A stretch of DNA of 63,341 bases, filler included, from Stramenopiles sp. TOSAG23-3 (lineage: Eukaryota): the NCBI GenBank assembly GCA_900128585.1. It is 11 parts of 11 records of this genome, joined end to end, with 100 filler letters (N's around TTAATTAATTAA, not from the genome) between each part and the next. Parts side by side here need not be neighbours in the genome. Positions count along the whole stretch, not along the records: positions 54,316 to 60,971 come from LT643276.1; positions 61,072 to 62,156 come from LT646522.1; positions 62,257 to 63,341 come from LT646523.1; 8 more parts are not named here. One strand, 5' to 3'. The position numbers and the translations under genes were made by a program. Under the pieces are notes generated by a model, which saw nothing but the letters and a program-made list of their open reading frames with translations, was not told the origin of the DNA and did not search any database. Positions within the stretch are counted from its first letter, which is position 1. Every line of letters begins with the position of its first letter. Of the stretch, positions 55,828 through 63,341 are shown in pieces.

Positions 55828-58800
55828 CATAAGGTCATTGACATTCGGAGGCTGAGGGAGCTCGTTTGTCGTGAACCGTACTTGGAGCAGGGCAACGTAC
55901 TCGTCCTTGCGGATACAGGAGCAACATCAACATGCGTTTCAATGTTGGCAATTGAACAAGGAAAGATACGCGTGCTTCGCTACATCAAGGTGAAAGTGAA
56001 TGTAAGAATGGCGGATTCCAGTTATGTAAGGGTAAAAAAAGCAGCAGTGTTTGTTCTACGAGATAGCAATAACCGAGAGGTGACAGTCACAGGACTGTGC
56101 CTACCGGAGATGCCCGGCTGTGACGTACTGCTGGGAATGGACGTAATGGGAGACGCCAGACGAGCGACGTTTGACTTTTATGGGATGAAACTGCTACTCG
56201 ACACTGAGGGTGGCACCATTAGCTTCAAGTTAAAGTCTAAAAGAAAAACATGCAAGGAAATTAGACTCGCCAAGGATCTCATGCTGAGAAAAGGAATCAA
56301 TCATGTGTCACAGGAAGAGCTGGGGGTATTTCTGAGTAACTGCATAGTAGAAGAAATGGGCAGGACACCAGCCAAGATACACAGGCAATACTTTGATATT
56401 CAGAGTAATGAGGACGTGATTATTGAGTGCAGGAGAGCACAGGTAATCCCACGGGGCACAACGATTGGCCACGTGGAACAGATCACGCAGCAGGAGAGGG
56501 CACTTCGCTTTTCACCAGGAGACATGGTCAACGAGGCAGCGGCCGCGCTTCGTGAAGACGAACCACATGAGGAAGAACCAAGCGAGGCCGAGGGGCCACA
56601 GGAGCCACATGACGAAGAGCCGCATGCGGATGGGGAAGATTTTGATTACCCGACAGGCCCGCTTAAGCCAACCACGGAAGCACGACAGGCCAGTCCGACA
56701 TGGGAAAATTTACTAGGACGAGACCCTAGCAATGATCCGGGATACGAAGAAGGGGGTCCGGAGAGATATGCGGAACTCTGGGAAGAATTGGCAATAGAAT
56801 TAAAACAGGTGTTTAAGAAGAAATTCACGACAGCGCAACAGAGAAAGGCTAGGGAAATTATAGAACGGTACAGTCACGTCTGGAAGACGACGGTCACGCC
56901 AGTACCCAGGGAGGTTGCAGAACACAAGATAGACACGGGCGACAATCCGCCGGTCTTTACAAGACAGTATCCGCTCAATCCGTGGCAGAAAGAAGGGGTC
57001 AGAAAGATGGTGAAGGATTTACTTGTGCAAGGACTAATACAAGAGTCCACATCAGAGTACTGTAGCCCACTATTAGTAGTCCCGAAGCCGGATGGCACGC
57101 CACGGGTATGCTTCGATGCAAGGAAGCTTAACGCGATCACAAAAAAAGATCGATACCCTGTCCCTAATGTTCAGGAGTGCTTAGGCAGGATGAATGGCTG
57201 CGGAATTTTCTCATCGGGGGACGCACTCTCAGGGTTTTGGCAGATTCTGCTCCGAATCGAAGATAGGATGAAAACGGCTTTTCAAACTGATCAGGGTTTA
57301 TTCGAGTGGGTAGTACTTCCATTTGGATTATGCAACGCGCCGCCCACATTTTGCAGAGCAATGGATCATATACTGGGGGACTTGAGAACACTATTCGTGA
57401 TATTATATGTAGATGACTGGCTCATTGCCACAAAAATGGGCGAAGATATGATTGACCTCCATCTCAAACAACTGGAGGCCCTGTTAGCAAAACTTTCAAT
57501 AGCTGGGATGTCCCTGAAAGCGACTAAGACACATTTATTTGCAACGAAGGTTAAGTTCTTGGGACATATAGTTTCAGAAAAAGGCAGAGAACCAGATCCT
57601 AGCACAGTCAAGGTCATAAGAGAGGCAAAACCACCGACCACGAAAGCAGCAATAAAAAGTTGGGTGGGATCGGTCGGGTACTATCGACATTTTGTACCAC
57701 GCTTAGCAGAAAAACTAAAACCGATCAATGCCTTGACACGAGACAAGGTACAATTTGGCCCAAAGTCAGCACAACATCTGTGGACAGGAACACACCAAGC
57801 GCTGTTCGAAGAAATAAAACAAGCGCTGACGTCGAAACCTATTCTGGCACACCCAGATTTTTCAAAGCCGTTTGAGATACATACGGATGGCAGTGTCAGT
57901 GGGCTAGGGGCGACGCTAGTACAGTATGACAATGCAAATAGAGAGAGGGTAATTGAATACGCATCCAGGGGCTTAACGGACGTCGAATCCCGTTACGAAA
58001 CAAGAGAACTCGAGTGCCTAGCTCTCTTGTTTGCAATACGCAAGTTCCATAGATATTTGGGACAACATTTTGTAGCTGTGGTGGATCACAAAAACCTACT
58101 TAATTTACAATCGTATGTCAAACATAACAGAAGATTACAAAGGTGGGCAATCGAGTTGAGTCAATACGACATACAAATGAAACACAAAAAAGGGTCAGAA
58201 CACGTGATTGCAGATTTATGTTCAAGACTCCCGGAGTTTAACGGAAAGAGGACGCAGGCTACGCCTGCGCCCACCCTCATCAGGAGGGCGGAACAAACAA
58301 GGCCACTGACGGAAATGGAGCAAATTGAAGAGAGTATAGCACTATGCGAGTTAGATGGTCCAGCGATACCAGAATGGGAAGTACCATATATGTCGATTAG
58401 ATTAGTATCAACAACAACAGCAGAGGAAGAAGGAGACGAAAATGCAGAGACACAGGCGCAGCAGACGAAGACCACGATAAAATTTTCCAATCCAGTTGTA
58501 ACAATTGACGAAATTAGAAAAGCACAACAAGAAGACATAGCGTGGAACAGAATAAGAATGGATATAAGGGATAAAACGAATTTGTGCAAGCATGCATATC
58601 TATACAAGCTGGACGAGCGTGACCTATTGGTCTTTAACGGAACATTCGTATATAAAGTGGCACGCGAACGGGAAAATCAAGAGTATCGTATTATAGTACC
58701 CAAGAGCGTTCGGAAAAGACTGATATGGAACTTCCATCATCCAATCGAAACAGGACATACAGGATACATGAACGTATACGAAGCGATTAGTTCGAGGTTT

Positions 58801-60477
58801 TGCTGGCCGGGGATGTTCAGTGATATCAAACGGGAAATCGAGAGCTGCTCACAATGCAGAAAAGCGAAACTAACGAGGAGTTCACGACTGGACAGAATCA
58901 AAACAATATTAACACAATTGCCATTCGAGATTCTATTCGTCGACCACGTAGAAATCCCAGCAAAGAATGTAGGGAATTACACACACGTACTGACAATGAT
59001 GGACGGATTTTCCAGATTCCTAGTGGCAGAAGCAGTGAGGGGCACTACAGCGAAAATAACATGCCAGGTAGTGTGGGATAGAATAGTATGTGGTCTAGGT
59101 AGGATACCGGCGGTGATAGTATGTGACAATGGCTTTGATAGCGACGAATGGAAGGCATTCTGCAGAGACATGGGGGCAAAACCTAGAGTAACGGCACCAT
59201 ACAATCCAAGGGCAAATAGGGTCGAGAGAACACACCGATTCCTCAAAGCGCTAATGCGCATTGCAGCCGAAAATATGGGACAAGCAATTTGGCCACAGTT
59301 AGTACAGACGGCAGTAAGGGCATACAACAGCCAGCGAGGCAAGAAGGGACTATCACCATTCGAAATCCTGTTTGGATTCCAACCAGATTTCCCTATCGAA
59401 AACATATTATTCAGGGTAAAAAGATGGGGGAAATTGTGGGATGAAAACAAATACTTTAGCGAGCTAGTACACCAGTTAAGAAATAACCACAGAAAAGCAA
59501 AGATATTAGACAGGAAAATAGCAGACGAGCGAATATACCAAGAAATCAGAAATCCGAAACGGTTCAGCCCAGCACTACAAAAAGGAGATTTAGTGCTGTG
59601 GCGGCAATCGCGATCAGGCTCGCGGAAACAAGGAACAGCAACAAAACTATTTTATCAGTGTACGGGACCACATAAAATTCTAGAAAAGAAAGAAGAGCAC
59701 GACCTGTACGCAATAGAATTGGGAAACTCAGGAATACGAAAGGCTTGGATTCCGGGAGAACACCTGGCAAGAGTGCCAGCACGACTAGAAAACTCAGCAA
59801 CCAAACCCCGGAACACAAACTGGATGATTGACGAAGACAATCGAGTAATAGGAGAACACAATGTGGGAGATATAGTGGCCTTGAAATTCAAGAAACGAAA
59901 AGAACGAGAGGCAAACATGAACGTCACAGTTGGAGAGATTATACAGATTAACAACGACACGGAAAAAGCACCAGTATTAATACATTTATACGGGCCATAC
60001 CCACGGAAAAACTTAGCAGTAGCTGCACACAAGGCATCGTGGAGTCCATTAATTAGAACGGACGAGGGAGAACAATTGGCAAAAGACATTGCGTCATCAC
60101 GACGGTCGTGGAGGGGCCGACGGGTAACCATAGGAGTGCAGTTCGACGACCTCATGCCAATTCCACCTCTGGAACTGCGACAAGGAAAAATTTCAGAAGA
60201 AGGAAAGAACCAGATTAAAAAGTACATTCGAGAGGCTAAAGACAGCAGACACAGAGGCAGACAAGTAGACACAGTGAGAGCCGTGAGAACTAGCGTCTGC
60301 GGAACGGAACAGATCAATAAACAGCAGATGGAGACATGGGGCCAATATCTAGCGAGAGAAATAAGAGAAGGTTTCATCAGACATGCAGTCGTATACGACA
60401 ATGAACAGTATCTTCAACAATCATACGAGTATGTAGGACAGGGGTTCGTCATACCAACGTCAGAGAATAAAAATTAA
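55828..60477 (+). CDS. pol: Pol polyprotein (PR, RT, RNase H, integrase, C-terminal extension), in frame with gag
   Basis: LADTGA, LPFGL, YVDD, HTDGS...ELE...DH...ADLCSR, HHCC, D-D-E, GPH. Confidence 0.95.
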   Translation, partial: HKVIDIRRLRELVCREPYLEQGNVLVLADTGATSTCVSMLAIEQGKIRVLRYIKVKVNVRMADSSYVRVKKAAVFVLRDSNNREVTVTGLCLPEMPGCDVLLGMDVMGDARRATFDFYGMKLLLDTEGGTISFKLKSKRKTCKEIRLAKDLMLRKGINHVSQEELGVFLSNCIVEEMGRTPAKIHRQYFDIQSNEDVIIECRRAQVIPRGTTIGHVEQITQQERALRFSPGDMVNEAAAALREDEPHEEEPSEAEGPQEPHDEEPHADGEDFDYPTGPLKPTTEARQASPTWENLLGRDPSNDPGYEEGGPERYAELWEELAIELKQVFKKKFTTAQQRKAREIIERYSHVWKTTVTPVPREVAEHKIDTGDNPPVFTRQYPLNPWQKEGVRKMVKDLLVQGLIQESTSEYCSPLLVVPKPDGTPRVCFDARKLNAITKKDRYPVPNVQECLGRMNGCGIFSSGDALSGFWQILLRIEDRMKTAFQTDQGLFEWVVLPFGLCNAPPTFCRAMDHILGDLRTLFVILYVDDWLIATKMGEDMIDLHLKQLEALLAKLSIAGMSLKATKTHLFATKVKFLGHIVSEKGREPDPSTVKVIREAKPPTTKAAIKSWVGSVGYYRHFVPRLAEKLKPINALTRDKVQFGPKSAQHLWTGTHQALFEEIKQALTSKPILAHPDFSKPFEIHTDGSVSGLGATLVQYDNANRERVIEYASRGLTDVESRYETRELECLALLFAIRKFHRYLGQHFVAVVDHKNLLNLQSYVKHNRRLQRWAIELSQYDIQMKHKKGSEHVIADLCSRLPEFNGKRTQATPAPTLIRRAEQTRPLTEMEQIEESIALCELDGPAIPEWEVPYMSIRLVSTTTAEEEGDENAETQAQQTKTTIKFSNPVVTIDEIRKAQQEDIAWNRIRMDIRDKTNLCKHAYLYKLDERDLLVFNGTFVYKVARERENQEYRIIVPKSVRKRLIWNFHHPIETGHTGYMNVYEAISSRFCWPGMFSDIKREIESCSQCRKAKLTRSSRLDRIKTILTQLPFEILFVDHVEIPAKNVGNYTHVLTMMDGFSRFLVAEAVRGTTAKITCQVVWDRIVCGLGRIPAVIVCDNGFDSDEWKAFCRDMGAKPRVTAPYNPRANRVERTHRFLKALMRIAAENMGQAIWPQLVQTAVRAYNSQRGKKGLSPFEILFGFQPDFPIENILFRVKRWGKLWDENKYFSELVHQLRNNHRKAKILDRKIADERIYQEIRNPKRFSPALQKGDLVLWRQSRSGSRKQGTATKLFYQCTGPHKILEKKEEHDLYAIELGNSGIRKAWIPGEHLARVPARLENSATKPRNTNWMIDEDNRVIGEHNVGDIVALKFKKRKEREANMNVTVGEIIQINNDTEKAPVLIHLYGPYPRKNLAVAAHKASWSPLIRTDEGEQLAKDIASSRRSWRGRRVTIGVQFDDLMPIPPLELRQGKISEEGKNQIKKYIREAKDSRHRGRQVDTVRAVRTSVCGTEQINKQQMETWGQYLAREIREGFIRHAVVYDNEQYLQQSYEYVGQGFVIPTSENKN

Positions 60478-60869
60478 GTAGCATAGTAGCAGTGAGAATG
60501 AAGTATCAAGCAAGTAGCAAGTATCAGTATCAGAAAGAGTAGCATATCACAAAAGGCAAAAACAAATAAGGTGAGAAGGAAGCTAGAGGAGGTTCAACAG
60601 GAGTGTTTTAGTGAGTAGTTGTGACAAGCGCAGAGTCTCACACTACTAATCGCAAGATTAGTGTTCGTAAATGAATTTCACTCCTGAGTTGAACAAAACT
60701 AGCGAAAGTTGAATTAGGCATACATTGCCTTTTAGAGTTACAGTAAGGGTAAAGAAGAGAAAAATTTAAGTTTCAAAGAAAAATTTAAGTTTCAAGCGAT
60801 GGGGTTAGTGATAGGGCAATGTGGCCGTTGGCTAAAGATAGGGTTAATGATAGGGCAATGGCTGTTGGC

Positions 60870-60892
60870 AAAAGAAGAAAGGTGAGATGGAA
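60870..60892 (+). promoter_or_regulatory. Polypurine tract
   Basis: AAAAGAAGAAAGGTGAGATGGAA immediately before TGTAG. Confidence 0.75.
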
Positions 60893-60971
60893 TGTAGTAT
60901 AGCAAAAATACTTTAAGGAAATATCAGCGGAAGGAAGATGATACAGTTAGAATTGAATGGCTGTGATTGAT
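60893..60971 (+). repeat. 5' end of 3' LTR
   Basis: Starts TGTAG after the PPT. Confidence 0.75.
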
Positions 60972-61073
60972 NNNNNNNNNNNNNNNNNNNNNNNNNNNNN
61001 NNNNNNNNNNNNNNNTTAATTAATTAANNNNNNNNNNNNNNNNNNNNNNNNNNNNNNNNNNNNNNNNNNNNTT

Positions 61074-61113
<40 letters not shown>

Positions 61114-61693
61114 TCGACTCTTTCTTTCTTTCTTTCTTTCTTTCTTTCGATTTTTAGATTTAAATTTATTAGATTTAGATTTTTAGATTTTGTCATTTAA
61201 ATTATAGGGGATAAGTTCCTATTCTTTTACTATATATAACTATGTACTCTTCTATTTATTAAATCCTCGTTTTTTTTTTTTTGTGGCTCTCCTTTCCTTT
61301 CGTGTGGTCCTCCTATAGTATTTTCCTATTTGTTGGTAGTAGTTATAGTTATAGTTATAAATACCATTTGGGATGAAATATGTGCGAAGAAGAAGAAATA
61401 ATAATATCAACAGAGCAGGCAGATGGGAATGAGAGGTCAATTCTTGGTGGTGGTGGTGGTGGTGGTGGATTATTACTATATAATAATGACAAGAAAAGAA
61501 AAAAGGTTTTGCGGACTTTATTACATTGTACATATAGTAAAGAAAAGGAGTGGTGGATTATATCACGGTTGAAATGTTTTTAATGCTGCAATTAGTAAGA
61601 ATTAAAGAAAGGGAGTTAGACGTTGCTTAGAATTTTATTGCAGTGAGTGCATTGTTCTACTTTGGATTGGGTTGCATATTCCTTCTGGACCAC

Positions 61694-62156
61694 ATGCCGA
61701 AGCGAAAGAGCAGCAAAGCCGGTGCCAAGGCAGCGGGGGGGGCGAAAAAGGCAAAGAAGGCCTCGAAGAAGACGGACAAAAAGGCCCCATCGTTGTCCCC
61801 TCTTGACCAAGCCATACTTGGTACGAAACATATTACCCCATCGTCGTTCAATGGGGTGGAAGGAAGCTCCCTCTTGCCGTCCTTGATCGGCCTGCTTCTC
61901 TTCCCGCTGGAAGAAAGTGAGCTCAGCGAGGAGCACGAAAAGAGCATTATTCGCGCAGTGGGTATCTTGCGCAAAGTGTTTTTAAAGTATTCGGAGCAAG
62001 GGGATATTCCGATCGTTGGCTCCACGGGGGAAATCGCCGCGAAAGGAATTAACGAGACCGCGTCACGAAAGAAATTCAAAGCATATTTAAAGGAGCAGGT
62101 GAAAGGGTTCAACAGTGTACTGGTCGAGTGGCTCTCCCTGCCGAAAAGTCAGGTGC
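61694..62156 (+). CDS. Lys-rich nuclear protein, possibly NOC4-like N-terminus (truncated)
   Basis: Basic N-terminus, then helical FKAYLKEQV..F...L resembling NOC4; weak. Confidence 0.45.
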
Positions 62157-62258
62157 NNNNNNNNNNNNNNNNNNNNNNNNNNNNNNNNNNNNNNNNNNNN
62201 TTAATTAATTAANNNNNNNNNNNNNNNNNNNNNNNNNNNNNNNNNNNNNNNNNNNNTA

Positions 62259-63341
62259 AGGGCCAATACACAATATAAGTATGTACTCTTTGGAAAAAAT
62301 AAAATTGGGGTGTCTGTCAGCAGCGATGAATACATAGTAGAAACAGGTGACCCTGAGCCACCATCGTTCGTGCATAACTTAACCAATTTCTCTCTGGGGA
62401 GGACAAAACTCGGAGTGGCATGGAAATACCCAATGTTTGATGGTGGGAGCGATATTACACACTTCCAATTGGTTCTTCGAACCCCTCATGGCGTAACCAC
62501 CAATAACTCAATGTCTCTAGATGGGTCAGCACAAATGGCAAGCGCTCAGCCAACCATGGGGCAAGTTGGCGATATGTACACATGGATCGTGGGATCTCTC
62601 GAGGGGGGCACCAAGTACATTGTCGGCATCGCTGCATGCAATAAAGCATCGTGTGGGGACGAAGAAGTTTCAGGGAAACCATTTTCGATTACCACTCTTG
62701 CTCCATGTCTACCAGGAGAATATATGAAGGATTTAATTGGTGAAGTATGTAAATTGTGCGAGCCTGGATTTTACACCACTCACCAAAACACGGAATTATC
62801 ATGCAAACGATGCGGTCGTGGAACGTATCAATCGGGGGTTGGACAAGCGTCATGTGCACAGTGTGCGGCGGGAAAAAGTACAAATGGTAATGATGGGCAA
62901 CCAATGTGTGATTCGTGCGCCGCAGGTAGATTTTCGAGTGTGACAGGATCCTCGGACTGTGCCGATTGCGATGTTGGGCAGTATTCCGATTTCCGAGAAT
63001 TGGGAAAATCATGCACCGAGTGTCCAGAAAATACGTACAACAATAAAGTTGCTGCAGAAGATAGTAAAAAATGTCTTCAGTGTCCCCGGAATATGAAAAC
63101 TTACATAGAGGGGCGATCAAGAAAGTCCGAATGCTTGTGTATTAGCTCTTTTTACGCAGATGAAAAGCAAGGTGATGCCGACAAAGATCCATGGATCCCA
63201 TGCTTAAAATGCCCGAAGGGTGGCATTTGCCTATCGGATAGGCATGGGCACATTATGGATGCCGATGAAGGGTTTTGGACTCCACCAAACGGCACCACGA
63301 CGCACCCCGAAGATCGGTTCTACAAATGCCATTTGGACGGC
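62259..63341 (+). CDS. Internal fragment of a large surface protein with FN3 domains and CxxC (GCC2/GCC3, ephrin-receptor-like) repeats
   Basis: Frame open throughout: VAWKYPMFDGGSDITHF (FN3), then C.PGEY, C..G.Y/F repeats; missing from the ORF track because it runs off both ends. Confidence 0.8.

Larger units (their letters stand above)
54316..60971 (+). mobile_element. Ty3/Gypsy LTR retrotransposon: full internal region with partial LTRs
   Basis: gag plus PR-RT-RNaseH-INT order; 5' LTR ends CTACA (54394), 3' LTR starts TGTAG (60893) after a PPT; exactly 79 nt of LTR at each contig end. Confidence 0.95.

Noticed and set aside
6717-62256. Regularly spaced TTAATTAATTAA palindromes
   Set aside because: Artificial linkers inside N runs; the spacing reflects length-sorted contigs
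1-63341. Apparent functional clustering across the window (DNA repair, autophagy, ER genes)
   Set aside because: The genes lie on unrelated concatenated contigs

Overview
Eukaryotic (probably stramenopile/protist; inferred from protein style, not searched) draft assembly. It holds 11 unrelated contigs, mostly about 6.7 kb and sorted by length, joined by artificial 100-nt N44-TTAATTAATTAA-N44 linkers, so neighbourhood across linkers means nothing. Genes are GC-rich and almost intron-free, and intergenic DNA is very AT-rich. Recognisable genes: RPL18, MLH1, a VPS4-like ATPase, NPL4, PIG-X, RNase H2A, two methyltransferases, an M6PR/ATG27-like receptor, ATG1, dynamitin, DUF2306, a fused MPC1-MPC2, a Dispatched-like protein, ERO1 (truncated), UGPase, TCD/TcdA, and several secreted or surface proteins. 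One contig is an essentially complete Ty3/Gypsy LTR retrotransposon whose gag and pol are in the same frame, separated by a single UGA lying inside a hairpin. Other notable items: a Tudor-ASCH-Myb-AlkB multidomain gene with a frameshift, two conserved non-coding modules recurring at gene 3' ends on independent contigs, a recurrent upstream 10-mer (TAGTCGTCTA), a ficolin-like collagen protein, and a secreted protamine-like polyampholyte. No rRNA, tRNA or CRISPR array was recognised.
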